A stretch of DNA of 64,000 nt, from positions 595 through 64,594 of the forward strand of contig JADFYJ010000006.1 of assembly GCA_015233115.1 (NCBI GenBank), written 5' to 3'. A program made the translations under genes and the position numbers. Shown here one piece after another: positions 48,456 to 58,882 of the stretch (positions are counted from its first letter, which is position 1; every line of letters starts with the position of its first letter). Below the pieces are notes generated by a model, which worked only from the letters and a program-made list of their open reading frames with translations, was not told where the DNA came from and ran no database searches. Source of the stretch: Candidatus Omnitrophota bacterium (GTDB lineage: Bacteria; Omnitrophota; Gorgyraeia; Zapsychrales; Zapsychraceae).

Positions 48456-49085
48456 GTGGTGAAACTTCCAGTTTTAGATATTAATGGTACCGAGGTCGAG
48501 CAGATCGATTTACCAGAAGGTGTATTTGGCGGTCGCGTAAAATCTGATATTATTCATCAGGCGGTCGTTATGTACCAAGCATGTTTACGTCAAGGTACAG
48601 TCAACACCAAGGTACGGAAAGAAATTTCCGGCGGCGGTAAAAAACCTTTTAAACAAAAGGGCACAGGTCAGGCTCGCGCTGGTTCTTCCCGGTCCCCATT
48701 GTGGCATAAGGGTGGCGTAGTATTTGGACCACACCCACGTGATTTCGGTTACACGATTCCTGTTAAAGTACGTCGTGCGGCCTTACGTGAAAGTTTAAAC
48801 GCGAAATTTTTAGGACAATCTCTGGTCTGCGTGCAGGACTTTAAAAGTCCTTTGAATAAGACAAAAGAATTCGCGGGAATTATGAAAAATTTAAAGCTTA
48901 AAGGTAAAGTATTAGCTTGCCTTGAAGGAAGCGATGCCTCAATTGACCGCGTAACTAACAATCTTCCGTTCTTTAATGCAGTACGGGCTCAAGATGTAAA
49001 CGCGTACGATGTGATGAAATTCAATAAATTATTAGTTACTAAAACAGCATTTCAAAAAATATTGGAGCGTATCGAAAAGTGTTAA
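48456..49085 (+). CDS. rplD: 50S ribosomal protein L4
   Basis: KPFKQKGTGQARAGS, GGVVFGP. Confidence 0.97.
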   Translation: MVKLPVLDINGTEVEQIDLPEGVFGGRVKSDIIHQAVVMYQACLRQGTVNTKVRKEISGGGKKPFKQKGTGQARAGSSRSPLWHKGGVVFGPHPRDFGYTIPVKVRRAALRESLNAKFLGQSLVCVQDFKSPLNKTKEFAGIMKNLKLKGKVLACLEGSDASIDRVTNNLPFFNAVRAQDVNAYDVMKFNKLLVTKTAFQKILERIEKC

Positions 49086-49357
49086 CCTGTTACGATATTA
49101 TCAAAAGTTTAGTTCATACGGAAAGAGGATTGGCTCTCGAGCCAGATCGTAAATATCTTTTCGATGTTGCCACCTTTGCAAACAAAATTCAGATTAAGTC
49201 AGCGATAGAAGAAATTTATAAGGTAAAGGTGCAGTCAGTTAATGTGGTGACCATGCCGGGAAAACTCAAACGGGTTCGTCAGGCGGTAGGCAAAACGCCT
49301 TCATGGAAGAAGGCCATTGTAACTCTCAAAGAAGGTCAAAAAATAGAGGTAAGATAA
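49079..49357 (+). CDS. rplW: 50S ribosomal protein L23
   Basis: [15 protein letters not shown]. Confidence 0.96.
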   Translation: MLTCYDIIKSLVHTERGLALEPDRKYLFDVATFANKIQIKSAIEEIYKVKVQSVNVVTMPGKLKRVRQAVGKTPSWKKAIVTLKEGQKIEVR

Positions 49358-49358
49358 A

Positions 49359-50198
49359 GTGGGACTTAAGCGATTTAAACCAATTACGAATGGATTGCGT
49401 CACGCGGTTTTAACCGACTTCGCAGAAATTACAAAAAAAGATCCGGAAAAATCATTGCTCATGCCTTTAAAAAGCACGGGTGGACGGAATAGTTATGGAC
49501 GCATCACGTGTCGTTGGCGCGGCGGTGGGCATAAAAGAATGTACCGCTTGGTTGATTTTCGCCGTCAGCGTGTAGATGAAGTATCAACTGTTCTCGCGAT
49601 TGAGTATGATCCAAACCGCACAGCACGTATTGCGTTGATTCAGTTTCCGGATGGTGAAAAATCCTATATTCTTGCTCCTTTGGAAATTAAAGTCGGCGAC
49701 AAGCTGATGAGTTCTTTCGAAAAAGATATTGAGATCCGCCCGGGTAATTGTATGCCGCTGAGTAAAATCCCGTTAGGTTCTGCTATTCACAATATAGAAA
49801 TGAAGCCTGGTAAAGGGGGACAATTGGTCCGTTCTGCCGGAACTTCAGCCCAGATCATGGCTCGCGAAGGTGAAGTGGCTTTTATCCGGATGCCGTCGAG
49901 TGAAGTTCGTAAATTATCTGTGGATTGCCGTGCGACTCTTGGACAAATTGGTAATGTGGAACACGATAGCCAATCTATTGGAAAAGCTGGTCGTAACCGT
50001 TGGAAAGGCCGCCGCGGTCATGTCCGCGGGGTAGTTATGAATCCTCATGACCATCCACACGGTGGTGGTGAAGGTAAATCTCCACAAGGAAATCCTCATC
50101 CGGTCAGCCGTTGGGGACAACCAACCAAAGGGTTCAAGACTAGAAAAAAACGTAAGTATTCGGATAAATTCATTGTCAGAAGAAGAGGGGCTAAGTAA
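49359..50198 (+). CDS. rplB: 50S ribosomal protein L2
   Basis: [21 protein letters not shown]. Confidence 0.98.
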   Translation: MGLKRFKPITNGLRHAVLTDFAEITKKDPEKSLLMPLKSTGGRNSYGRITCRWRGGGHKRMYRLVDFRRQRVDEVSTVLAIEYDPNRTARIALIQFPDGEKSYILAPLEIKVGDKLMSSFEKDIEIRPGNCMPLSKIPLGSAIHNIEMKPGKGGQLVRSAGTSAQIMAREGEVAFIRMPSSEVRKLSVDCRATLGQIGNVEHDSQSIGKAGRNRWKGRRGHVRGVVMNPHDHPHGGGEGKSPQGNPHPVSRWGQPTKGFKTRKKRKYSDKFIVRRRGAK

Positions 50199-50485
50199 TG
50201 GGACGTTCAATTAATAAAGGTCCATTTGTTCAAGAAGCGTTGATGAAGAAAATACAGAAGATGGTCGACGGTGGACAAAAACAAACCATCAAGACCTGGT
50301 CCCGGCGTTCGGTGATTACCCCTGTATTTGTGGGATATACTATTGCGGTTCATGACGGACGTAAGCATGTTCCGTTGTTCGTGACGGAAAATATGGTCGG
50401 GCACAAACTAGGTGAATTCGCTCCAACTCGCACGTTTAAACAGCATAGCGGTGTTAAAGCGAAAAAAGCAGCTCAAAAAACTTAA
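50198..50485 (+). CDS. rpsS: 30S ribosomal protein S19
   Basis: [18 protein letters not shown]. Confidence 0.98.
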   Translation: MGRSINKGPFVQEALMKKIQKMVDGGQKQTIKTWSRRSVITPVFVGYTIAVHDGRKHVPLFVTENMVGHKLGEFAPTRTFKQHSGVKAKKAAQKT

Positions 50486-50517
50486 AAAGTTAACAGGTTA
50501 AAAGAGAAGATTTATAT

Positions 50518-50856
50518 ATGATTTCGCAAGCTAATGGAAAATTTTTAAGAGGATCTCCGATCAAGGCCCGTTTGGTTTTAGACCTTATCAGGGGGAAGGA
50601 TGTTTTAACGTCCCAGGCAATTTTGGCACAGGTCGAAAAAGGATCAGCGGATAAAATTTTAAAAGTTTTAAATTCTGCTGTTGCTAGTGCTAAACAAAAA
50701 GGTTTGGCTGAAGAACAATTGATCATTTCTAAAATTACGGCAAATCAAGGCCCGCATTGGAAACGTTTTAGATCCGCTCCGTTCGGCCGGGCTATGAGAA
50801 TTTTGAAAAAGACCATGCATTTAAGCGTAGAATTAGACGTAAAAATAAAAAAATAA
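50518..50856 (+). CDS. rplV: 50S ribosomal protein L22
   Basis: SPIKARLVLDLIRG; synteny. Confidence 0.95.
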   Translation: MISQANGKFLRGSPIKARLVLDLIRGKDVLTSQAILAQVEKGSADKILKVLNSAVASAKQKGLAEEQLIISKITANQGPHWKRFRSAPFGRAMRILKKTMHLSVELDVKIKK

Positions 50857-50881
50857 GGACTGTTAAAAAAGAGGAGTTTCT

Positions 50882-51571
50882 GTGGGGCAAAAAGTAAATC
50901 CTATAGCGTTGCGACTTGGATATTTGGAAAACTGGAGAAGTCTTTGGTTTGCGGAGAAGAATGAATATGCCAAAAGCCTTTTAGAAGACCAAAAAATCCG
51001 AAAATTTATCAAAGAAAAATACGCGCAAGCGTCAGTTTCCAAGGTTGTTATTGAACGTTTGGCTGATAAAATCAAAGTAATTATTTATACAGCACGTCCG
51101 GGTGTGATTATTGGCCGTCGGGGAGCTGACATTGATCGTTTACGTGCCGAGTTGGGAAAGATTTCTGTTAAAGAAATTATGATTGATCCTCGTGAAGTAA
51201 AAAATGCAGTGACGGACGCGCAGTTGATTGCTCAGAACGTCGCTTTTCAGCTAGAGAAACGTGTGGCTTTCCGCCGCGCCGTTAAAAGAGTTATTGATCA
51301 GGCGATGCAATCCGGAGCTAAAGGAATTAAAATCCGTTGTGCCGGACGTTTAAATGGCGCGGAAATGGCTCGTCAGGAAAAATATCACGTGGGAAAACTA
51401 CCTTTGCATACGTTGCGCGCGAATATTGATTACGGTTTTGCTGAAGCATTAACCACATACGGTATCATTGGGGTTAAGGTTTGGGTCAATCACGGAGAAG
51501 TCATTAAAGAAGTGAAACGTCAAGAAGCGGCTAAAGCTAGTGTAGGGACGGTCCAGGAACCGGCCAGATAA
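50882..51571 (+). CDS. rpsC: 30S ribosomal protein S3
   Basis: MGQKVNP, ARPGVIIG, PLHTLRANIDY. Confidence 0.98.
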   Translation: MGQKVNPIALRLGYLENWRSLWFAEKNEYAKSLLEDQKIRKFIKEKYAQASVSKVVIERLADKIKVIIYTARPGVIIGRRGADIDRLRAELGKISVKEIMIDPREVKNAVTDAQLIAQNVAFQLEKRVAFRRAVKRVIDQAMQSGAKGIKIRCAGRLNGAEMARQEKYHVGKLPLHTLRANIDYGFAEALTTYGIIGVKVWVNHGEVIKEVKRQEAAKASVGTVQEPAR

Positions 51572-51590
51572 AAATATAAGGAGTATTTAG

Positions 51591-52007
51591 ATGTTGTTAA
51601 TGCCTCGTAAAGTTAAATATCGTAAGTCCCAAAAAGGGAAAACTCGCGGGATTGCGACTCGTGGTTGCGAATTGCATTATGGTGAGTTTGGACTGAAATC
51701 ATTGCAAAATGGTTTGGTGAAGGCGAACCACGTAGAAGCGTGCCGTTTAACCATTGCCCGTAAAGTCAAAGGTGCAGGAAAATTGTGGATCAATATGTTC
51801 CCTAGCAAACCGGTCAGTAAAAAACCGGCAGAAACCCGTATGGGTAAGGGAAAAGGTGAACACGATCATTGGGCCTGCCCGATCCGCCGCGGTAAAGTGG
51901 TATTGGAGATGAGCGGTATTCCTGAAGATTTCGCGAAAAGAATTTTAAGAGTTGTTGCATTTAAATTACCAGTTAAAACTAAATTTATTACACGGACGCA
52001 AGTTTAA
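51591..52007 (+). CDS. rplP: 50S ribosomal protein L16
   Basis: KPAETRMGKGKG. Confidence 0.98.
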   Translation: MLLMPRKVKYRKSQKGKTRGIATRGCELHYGEFGLKSLQNGLVKANHVEACRLTIARKVKGAGKLWINMFPSKPVSKKPAETRMGKGKGEHDHWACPIRRGKVVLEMSGIPEDFAKRILRVVAFKLPVKTKFITRTQV

Positions 52008-52042
52008 TTTTAATAGTCCCTTCTGGACGTTTGAGGTGGATA

Positions 52043-52237
52043 ATGAAAGCAAATCAGTTTCGAGATTTAAATACCGAAGAGTTAAACCAAAAAATTAAGG
52101 GATTTAAAAAAGAGCTTTTCGATCTCAATGCTCAAAAAAGAATTGGTACAGTTGAGAAACCGGCTCGTTTTAAATCTTTAAAACAAGATATTGCGAGAAT
52201 TATGACTATTTTAAAGGAAAGAGAAAAAGGGAAATGA
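52043..52237 (+). CDS. rpmC: 50S ribosomal protein L29
   Basis: MKANQFR...DIARIMT; GAGG RBS before ATG 52043. Confidence 0.94.
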   Translation: MKANQFRDLNTEELNQKIKGFKKELFDLNAQKRIGTVEKPARFKSLKQDIARIMTILKEREKGK

Positions 52238-52503
52238 GCGAGACGCAAGCACGAGAAAATAGACGTAAGGTGTTTCAAGGAATCGTCGTCAGCGACAAAA
52301 TGAACAAGACTCGCGTGGTGCAGGTGGCGTTCTCACAAAAACATGATCAGTACAACAAGGTCATGAAAAAGCACAGCAAATTTAAGGCGCATGACGAGAA
52401 AAACGAAACAAAGACTGGTGACCAGGTTAAAATCATGGAAACGCGCCCGTTATCAAAAGATAAACGCTGGATTATTAAAGAAGTTTTTAAAACGAAGCAA
52501 TAA
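52234..52503 (+). CDS. rpsQ: 30S ribosomal protein S17
   Basis: [22 protein letters not shown]. Confidence 0.97.
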   Translation: MSETQARENRRKVFQGIVVSDKMNKTRVVQVAFSQKHDQYNKVMKKHSKFKAHDEKNETKTGDQVKIMETRPLSKDKRWIIKEVFKTKQ

Positions 52504-52507
52504 TAAA

Positions 52508-52641
52508 GGTAGTATGTAGTGCGTAGTATGTCGTATGTAGAAAAAGAAAAATAATAAAAGCTGTATGTCGTGCGCAGTATTAAGTATGTAAAAAAGATAC
52601 GTTTTTAAAACCACATACCACATACCACATACCACATACTC
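52508..52641. repeat. Intergenic element with inverted 7-mer tandem-repeat arms (TAGTATG/CATACCA family)
   Basis: Left arm at 52510-52540; degenerate duplicate of the left arm at 52561-52590; right CATACCA x3 plus CATACTC at 52614-52641. Confidence 0.88.
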
Positions 52642-52656
52642 TACAAAAGGTTACTT

Positions 52657-53025
52657 ATGATTTTATTAAAATCCATTTTAGTTGTCGCGGATAACACCGG
52701 CGCTCGTAAGGCTTCGATGATCGGCGTGTTAAATGCCAAGAATCGCAGGACGGCGGGGATTGGTGATACGATCCGGGTTAATATTAAGGAATCATCGCCG
52801 GATGCGGCGGTGAAAAAAGGGCAAAAGGCCAAAGGCATTGTGGTCAGGACCAAATCTGCGATTCACCGTGCGGATGGGACGTATGTCCGTTTTGATACCA
52901 ACGCCGTGGTTTTAATTGATGATGCAGGTAACCCAAAAGGTACCCGCGTTTTCGGACCAGTGGCGCGTGAATTGCGAAATTTAGATTATATGAAAATCGT
53001 TTCTTTAGCTCCAGAGGTAATTTAA
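52657..53025 (+). CDS. rplN: 50S ribosomal protein L14
   Basis: [26 protein letters not shown]. Confidence 0.98.
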   Translation: MILLKSILVVADNTGARKASMIGVLNAKNRRTAGIGDTIRVNIKESSPDAAVKKGQKAKGIVVRTKSAIHRADGTYVRFDTNAVVLIDDAGNPKGTRVFGPVARELRNLDYMKIVSLAPEVI

Positions 53026-53026
53026 G

Positions 53027-53338
53027 ATGCTGTCGATTAAAAAAAATGATCAAGTCATGGTAATTGCAGGAAAAGATAAAGGTAAGACAGGAAAAGTTTT
53101 ACAAGTGATGCTGGCTGAAGGTCGGATTTTGGTGGAAGGCATTAATTTCCAAAAAAAAGCGGTTCGTAAAAGTCAAGAAAATCCGAACGGTGGCCATTTG
53201 GATATCGAGAAATCCATCCATATTTCTAATGTTATGCTTTTAGATAAAAAATTAAATAAACCGTCACGTTTCGGGGTTAAGATTTTGAATGATGGTTCCA
53301 AAGTAAGAATCAGTAAAAAAAGCGGAGAGGTAATATAG
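53027..53338 (+). CDS. rplX: 50S ribosomal protein L24
   Basis: KOW motif VIAGKDKGKTG, IHISNV. Confidence 0.97.
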   Translation: MLSIKKNDQVMVIAGKDKGKTGKVLQVMLAEGRILVEGINFQKKAVRKSQENPNGGHLDIEKSIHISNVMLLDKKLNKPSRFGVKILNDGSKVRISKKSGEVI

Positions 53339-53898
53339 TGAGACCACGGTTGCAGCAAAAATATAGAGAGGAAGTCATTCCTCAAATGAAAGAAAAATTC
53401 GGGATTAAAAATGTTATGGCTGTCCCGAAAATAACTAAAATTGTCATTAACATGGGTGTGGGCAAAGCCATCAATGATATGCGTATCATGGACTCGGCTG
53501 TGCAGGATTTGACCACCATCTGCGGGCAAAAACCTGTTATTACCCGTTCTAAAGAAGCGATCTCTAATTTTAAACTGCGTGAAGGCATGCCGATTGGCTG
53601 TAAAGTTACTTTACGCGGTAGCCGCATGTATGAATTTTTGGACCGTTTGATCACTTTCGCTTTACCGCGAATCCGTGACTTCAATGGTTTATCATTTAAA
53701 TCTTTTGATAAAGGTGGCAATTTTACATTAGGACTTCAGGAACAATCGATTTTTCCGGAAATTGATTTAGTAAAAGTGACCCATACCCAAGGGATGGATA
53801 TCACGATCGTGTTTGACAAAGGGCCGAAAGAACATACTTGTGAAGTATTAAGAATATTAGGTGTACCTTTCCGTAAGAAAACGCATTTGGGCGAATAA
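53338..53898 (+). CDS. rplE: 50S ribosomal protein L5
   Basis: KIVINMGVG, FKLREG, LPRIRDF. Confidence 0.98.
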   Translation: MRPRLQQKYREEVIPQMKEKFGIKNVMAVPKITKIVINMGVGKAINDMRIMDSAVQDLTTICGQKPVITRSKEAISNFKLREGMPIGCKVTLRGSRMYEFLDRLITFALPRIRDFNGLSFKSFDKGGNFTLGLQEQSIFPEIDLVKVTHTQGMDITIVFDKGPKEHTCEVLRILGVPFRKKTHLGE

Positions 53899-53916
53899 TT
53901 GTAAACGAGGATAAGC

Positions 53917-54102
53917 ATGGCAAAGACATCATTAATTGTTAAATGTAAACGAACACCAAAATTTTCGACGAGAAAATATAACCGCTGTCAGTTATGCGGC
54001 CGTCCGCACGGTTTTTTACGCCGTTTTGGGCTCTGTCGTATTTGTTTCCGAGAGTTGGCTTGGAAGGGTGAAATTCCGGGTGTGAAAAAAGCAAGTTGGT
54101 AA
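53917..54102 (+). CDS. rpsZ: 30S ribosomal protein S14, zinc-binding type Z
   Basis: 61 aa; RCQLCGR...LCRICFR. Confidence 0.96.
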   Translation: MAKTSLIVKCKRTPKFSTRKYNRCQLCGRPHGFLRRFGLCRICFRELAWKGEIPGVKKASW

Positions 54103-54117
54103 AAGGAAAAAGGCAAT

Positions 54118-54513
54118 ATGTCATTAAGTGATCCGATTAGTAATTTTTTAACAAATGTCCGAAACGCCATCAAAGTCCGTAAAGAAACGGTTGATGTTCC
54201 TGCGTCAAAATTAGTGGGAAAAATCCTTGAAATATTCAAGGCGGATGGCTACATCGAAGATTTCCGTTTGATGAAGGATAATGTGCAGGGCACATACAAG
54301 ATTTATTTGAAATATCAGGGAAAAGCTTCCGCCATTACTGGGTTGAAGCGTATTTCAAAACCAGGTTTAAGAGTTTATGTTCAACGAGACGAAATTCCAA
54401 AAGTATTGAACGGTTTAGGTACGGCAGTCATTTCAACGTCCAAAGGCGTGGTGACCAACCGTGAAGCTAAAAAGTTAAGTGCCGGCGGAGAAGTCTTATG
54501 TTACATTTGGTAG
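54118..54513 (+). CDS. rpsH: 30S ribosomal protein S8
   Basis: ISKPGLRVY, STSKGV, GGEVLCYIW. Confidence 0.98.
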   Translation: MSLSDPISNFLTNVRNAIKVRKETVDVPASKLVGKILEIFKADGYIEDFRLMKDNVQGTYKIYLKYQGKASAITGLKRISKPGLRVYVQRDEIPKVLNGLGTAVISTSKGVVTNREAKKLSAGGEVLCYIW

Positions 54514-54617
54514 GCCGTTCGCGGGAGCTCACGGCACTACTTCGGACATTTCGTCCTCGGTCGGCCGTTCGCAGGAGCTCACGGCACTACTTCGGACATT
54601 GCGTCCTCGGGCGAAGT
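54513..54617. repeat. Two tandem copies (50-nt period) of a REP-like double hairpin
   Basis: GGCCGTTCGCRGGAGCTCACGGCACTACTTCGGACATTKCGTCCTCGG at 54513-54560 and 54563-54610 (2 mismatches). Confidence 0.9.
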
Positions 54618-54665
54618 TCAAAGTTAATCGCTGTTTTTTAAGTTAACAATTTTGGCAGGAGTTAT

Positions 54666-55208
54666 ATGTCGAGAATAGGTAAGATCCCAGTTCAAGTTTT
54701 AAAAGATGCAAAAATCACGATCAATAAGTCTGACATATTAGTCGAAGGGCCTAAAGGTAAACTCAGTCTACCTCTTCCCCCGAAAATAGTTGTCAAACAG
54801 GATAAAGACGTGTTGGTAGTAACTCGTTTAGGCGAGGATAAACAAACCCGTGCTAATCATGGGACTATCCGTGCGCGTTTGAAGGCCATGATCATAGGCG
54901 TTACTAAAGGTCATAGAAAAGATTTGGAAATTCAAGGGGTAGGTTTCCGTGCGGCACAGGCAGGAAACAAGATAACATTTAATTTGGGTTTAAGTCATCC
55001 GATCGAATTTGTGGTGCCAGCTGATGTGAAAGCCACAGTGACGAGCCAAACTCAAATTTCCATTGAAGGGGCAGATATTATTAAGGTGGGGCAGGCTGCC
55101 GCGGAGATCCGCGCGTTTAAACCGGCTGAACCTTATAAAGCCAAAGGCGTCCGCTATGTCGGAGAAGTTATTAGACGAAAACAAGGTAAATCCGCAGGTA
55201 AGAAATAA
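54666..55208 (+). CDS. rplF: 50S ribosomal protein L6
   Basis: MSRIGK, GVGFRA, EPYKAKGVRY. Confidence 0.98.
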   Translation: MSRIGKIPVQVLKDAKITINKSDILVEGPKGKLSLPLPPKIVVKQDKDVLVVTRLGEDKQTRANHGTIRARLKAMIIGVTKGHRKDLEIQGVGFRAAQAGNKITFNLGLSHPIEFVVPADVKATVTSQTQISIEGADIIKVGQAAAEIRAFKPAEPYKAKGVRYVGEVIRRKQGKSAGKK

Positions 55209-55210
55209 TT

Positions 55211-55579
55211 ATGAGTAAGACGAACGATAAAGAAGTGAAACGTAAGTTTCGCCATCAAAGAATCCGCGCGAAAGTGGTTGGATCGGCGGAAAAACCAAGA
55301 TTATGTTTACACCGCAGTTTAAAAAACATGTCGGCGCAGATTGTAAACGATGGTAACAGTAAAGTATTATTCGGGCTATCCACGCTTTCAAAGACCGTAA
55401 AAGCTTCAGTAAAGAGTGGCGGGAATGTTGATGGCGCAACCAAGTTTGGTGAGATCTTTGCTGCTGAAGCGATTAAGGAAGGGTTTAAAAAAGTATGTTT
55501 TGACCGCGGAGGGTATTTATACCACGGCCGGATCAAAGCCTTTGCTGAAGCGGCACGTAATCAGGGAATGGAGTTTTAG
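55211..55579 (+). CDS. rplR: 50S ribosomal protein L18
   Basis: [17 protein letters not shown]. Confidence 0.97.
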   Translation: MSKTNDKEVKRKFRHQRIRAKVVGSAEKPRLCLHRSLKNMSAQIVNDGNSKVLFGLSTLSKTVKASVKSGGNVDGATKFGEIFAAEAIKEGFKKVCFDRGGYLYHGRIKAFAEAARNQGMEF

Positions 55580-55584
55580 TCATA

Positions 55585-56259
55585 ATGAAAAAGCCAATGG
55601 ATGATAAAAATAAAAAAGTAGGTCCGGAAGAGGTGAAAAAACCGGAATTTTCCGGCGAAGAAAAGATCAAGGCCGCTGTTACCCGTAAAGGTGATGGCCG
55701 TCGTCGTTCTGGTTCAGAAGAGGACGATACCGCCGCGATTGCCCGCCGCAGAAGCCGTGAAATGTTAAACGCGGGAGCGGAAGAAGATTCTGGTCTCGTC
55801 GAACAAGTGATTAAGATCAACCGCGTTACAAAAGTTACTAAGGGCGGTAAAAAATTGTCTTTTAGTGCTTTAGTCGTGGTGGGGGATAAAAAGGGTCAAG
55901 TTGGTTATTCTCAAGCTAAAGCGAGTGAAGTATCTACGGCTATTAAGAAAGCCATGAATAAAGCTAAAAAGAATATGATTAGGGTTCCTATGAAGGGAAC
56001 AACCATCCCTCACGAGATTATCGGCCAATGTGGCGCTGCCCGGGTTTTATTAAAACCGGCTGGCGAAGGTACGGGAGTTATCGCGGCAGGTCCAGTCCGC
56101 GCGATATGCGACGCGTCTGGGATAACGAATATTTTATCTAAGTGTCACAGATCCAATAATCCGGTCAATGTTATTAAAGCGACCATGGATGGGATCATGA
56201 GATTAAAAAGTGCGAAAACGGTGTCTGATCTCGACAGAGATTTGGCGAAAAGCATTTAA
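55585..56259 (+). CDS. rpsE: 30S ribosomal protein S5 with charged N-terminal extension
   Basis: [29 protein letters not shown]. Confidence 0.97.
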   Translation: MKKPMDDKNKKVGPEEVKKPEFSGEEKIKAAVTRKGDGRRRSGSEEDDTAAIARRRSREMLNAGAEEDSGLVEQVIKINRVTKVTKGGKKLSFSALVVVGDKKGQVGYSQAKASEVSTAIKKAMNKAKKNMIRVPMKGTTIPHEIIGQCGAARVLLKPAGEGTGVIAAGPVRAICDASGITNILSKCHRSNNPVNVIKATMDGIMRLKSAKTVSDLDRDLAKSI

Positions 56260-56312
56260 TTGGCGATAAGTTTTAATTTTTAGTAAATTGTTTCAGGTCG
56301 AGATCTGACACC
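56220..56312. repeat. 16-bp inverted-repeat element overlapping the rpsE 3' end
   Basis: GGTGTCTGATCTCGAC (56220-56235) / GTCGAGATCTGACACC (56297-56312), 15/16 complementary. Confidence 0.8.
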
Positions 56313-56369
56313 ATTTATTAAATCGCCATTATTAAGAAGAACCAACGTCATATGTAAGGATAAGATTTA

Positions 56370-56876
56370 ATGCAATTACACCAATTAGTTTCACCAAAAG
56401 GTTCAAGAAAAAGCAAAAGAATTATTGGCCGAGGACCTGGTTCTGGTCGAGGAAAGACTTCTGGCCGTGGCCAAGACGGACAAGGTTCGCGTTCAGGCGA
56501 ACGCATCATGCGTAGTTTAGAGGGTGGTCAAAATCCGATCATCAAACGTATTCCTAAAGTGGGTTTCCGTTGTCCTAGACCGGTGTTGAACCAGGTGGTT
56601 AATGTGGATGATCTCAACCGTTTTAAAAGCGGCGATGTGGTTGATGCTCAATCTTTGAAAAAGATTTCTTTAATAGCCAGTCTTAACCGTCCAGTCAAAA
56701 TTTTGGGAACAGGGGAAGTGACTAAAAAATTGACAGTGCAGGGCGTGAGTATTTCCAAGTCAGCCAAAGAGAAGATTGAGAAGGCTGGCGGTACAGTCAC
56801 GCTAAAAGAAAAGAAATCAGAAGAAAGAAAAAAACCTTCGGAAAGAAATAAACCAGTTGGAAAAAAAGAAAAGTAA
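56370..56876 (+). CDS. rplO: 50S ribosomal protein L15
   Basis: GRGPGSGRGKTSGRG, EGGQNP, KIEKAGG. Confidence 0.97.
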   Translation: MQLHQLVSPKGSRKSKRIIGRGPGSGRGKTSGRGQDGQGSRSGERIMRSLEGGQNPIIKRIPKVGFRCPRPVLNQVVNVDDLNRFKSGDVVDAQSLKKISLIASLNRPVKILGTGEVTKKLTVQGVSISKSAKEKIEKAGGTVTLKEKKSEERKKPSERNKPVGKKEK

Positions 56877-56885
56877 TAATTAGCT

Positions 56886-58232
56886 ATGATTAGTTCATTT
56901 GTTAATTGTTTCAAAATTCCTGAATTACGCGCCAAAATTCTTTTTACCATAGGTATTATTGTTGTTTACCGAATTGGATGTTATATTCCTGTTCCCGGAG
57001 TGAATGGGGCGATGTTGTCTGAGTATTTTCAGCGCATGGAACATGGTATGGGCGGTAATGTGTTCGGCGTTATGAATATGTTTTCTGGCCGTTCTTTGGA
57101 AAAAATGACTTTATTCGCTTTAGGCGTTATGCCGTATATTTCCAGCTCAATTATCATGCAATTGCTGACGGCAGTTATTCCTACTCTTGAAAAATTAGCA
57201 AAAGAAGGACAGGCAGGATACCAAAAGATTAATCAATACACTCGTTATGGCACTTTGTTTTTGGCCATGATTCAATCATTTTTTATTGCGCTTTGGCTGG
57301 AACGCGGTTTTCATGATCTGCAACTCGTTAATACTCCGGGGTTGGGCTTTCGCGTAGTTACAGTTTTGACTTTATCGGCGGGTACGATTCTTCTGATGTG
57401 GCTGGGTGAGCAAATTCAGGAACGGGGGATCGGAAACGGTATTTCTATTATAATTGCGGCTGGTATTATTTCCGCCGCGCCTTCAGCGGTCCGCATGTTA
57501 GCCAATTTGATTTCTCCTCAGCAAAGCGGCGGAGCACAGCAGATTCAACCACTGACTTTGTTGATCATGATATTTTTCTTAATCGGTGTTATTATTTCGA
57601 TCACATTGATTACGCAGGCTCAGCGCAGGATTCCTGTTCAGTATGCTCGACGGGTCGTCGGAAGAAAAGTTTACGGCGGGCAAGCAACTTATATTCCTTT
57701 AAAGGTTGACACAGCCGGAATTATTGCTATCATTTTCGCTCAATCTATTTTGATGTTTCCTGCGACTATCGCGAGTTTTATGCCGTTTGGATGGTTACGG
57801 GAGATGGCATCATTTATGCAACGCGGTCATTGGTTTTATTATAGCGCTTATGGTTTACTCATTGTGTTTTTCTGTTATTTTTATACAGCGATTGTATTCA
57901 ACCCTATTGAGGTTGCAGAAAATATGAAAAAACACGGCGGCTTTATTCCTGGTGTTCGACCGGGAACGCAAACTTCTGATTATTTGGATTTTGTTTTAAC
58001 TCGTATCACGTTAGCCGGCGCATTGTTCATTTGTTTTATCGCTGTTATGCCGGATGCTATTATGGCATCTTTCCGAGTTCCGTATTTAGTTGCTTCATTT
58101 TTTGGAGGCACCGGAGTTTTGATCATCGTAGGTGTTATGTTGGACACCATGAAGCAAATCGAATCACATTTAGTGATGAGACATTATGATGGTTTTATGA
58201 AATCCGGCCAACGTTTAAGGGGGAGACGATAA
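56886..58232 (+). CDS. secY: Preprotein translocase subunit SecY
   Basis: ALGVMPYISSSII, GIGNGIS, FIPGVRPG. Confidence 0.98.
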   Translation: MISSFVNCFKIPELRAKILFTIGIIVVYRIGCYIPVPGVNGAMLSEYFQRMEHGMGGNVFGVMNMFSGRSLEKMTLFALGVMPYISSSIIMQLLTAVIPTLEKLAKEGQAGYQKINQYTRYGTLFLAMIQSFFIALWLERGFHDLQLVNTPGLGFRVVTVLTLSAGTILLMWLGEQIQERGIGNGISIIIAAGIISAAPSAVRMLANLISPQQSGGAQQIQPLTLLIMIFFLIGVIISITLITQAQRRIPVQYARRVVGRKVYGGQATYIPLKVDTAGIIAIIFAQSILMFPATIASFMPFGWLREMASFMQRGHWFYYSAYGLLIVFFCYFYTAIVFNPIEVAENMKKHGGFIPGVRPGTQTSDYLDFVLTRITLAGALFICFIAVMPDAIMASFRVPYLVASFFGGTGVLIIVGVMLDTMKQIESHLVMRHYDGFMKSGQRLRGRR

Positions 58233-58882
58233 TGAAAGTTGTTTTATTAGGGCCTCCAGGCGCAGGTAAAGGAACTTTAGCTGCAGCTATTAAAGACGGG
58301 TTAAACCTTTTGCACATTTCAACCGGAGATATTCTTCGCGCGGAAATGAAAGGCGGCACGCCATTAGGTTTGGAAGCCAAACGTTATGTCGAAAGCGGTG
58401 GTTTGGTTCCTGATGAATTGGTCACTCGTTTAGTTGAAAATAAATTGAAGAATTGCGGCGGAACAACGAATGGCTATTTGTTGGATGGTTTTCCGAGAAC
58501 AGTTCAGCAAGCGGAAGATTTAGATAAAATATTAAGTACTATGAAAACTCAAGTGGACTGTGCGTTATATATGGAAGCCACTTTGCCGGTCGTTTTACAA
58601 CGTTTGACAGGGCGTCGGGTGTGTAAGTCTTGCGGAGCGGTTTTTCATGTTACGAATATGCCTTCCCAAAAAGAAGGCGTGTGTGATAAATGCGGCGGTG
58701 AACTATATCAGCGTGCGGATGATAAAGAAGAAACCATCAAGAATCGGATGGATGTTTACGTAAAAAGTACATCGCCGATCATTGAATTTTACAACAAGCA
58801 AAATAAGCTAAAAAAGGTGAATGCGGATAAAGAATCTCAGGAAGTTAAAGAGATGGCTTTGCGCATCCTTAAAAATGGCTAG
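58232..58882 (+). CDS. adk: Adenylate kinase (zinc-lid type)
   Basis: GPPGAGKGT, LDGFPRT, CKSC..CDKC lid. Confidence 0.97.
   Translation: MKVVLLGPPGAGKGTLAAAIKDGLNLLHISTGDILRAEMKGGTPLGLEAKRYVESGGLVPDELVTRLVENKLKNCGGTTNGYLLDGFPRTVQQAEDLDKILSTMKTQVDCALYMEATLPVVLQRLTGRRVCKSCGAVFHVTNMPSQKEGVCDKCGGELYQRADDKEETIKNRMDVYVKSTSPIIEFYNKQNKLKKVNADKESQEVKEMALRILKNG

Noticed and set aside
54513-54610. Possible CRISPR array
   Set aside because: Only two units separated by 2 nt, no unique spacers and no cas genes; the 7-9-mer arrays also lack spacers
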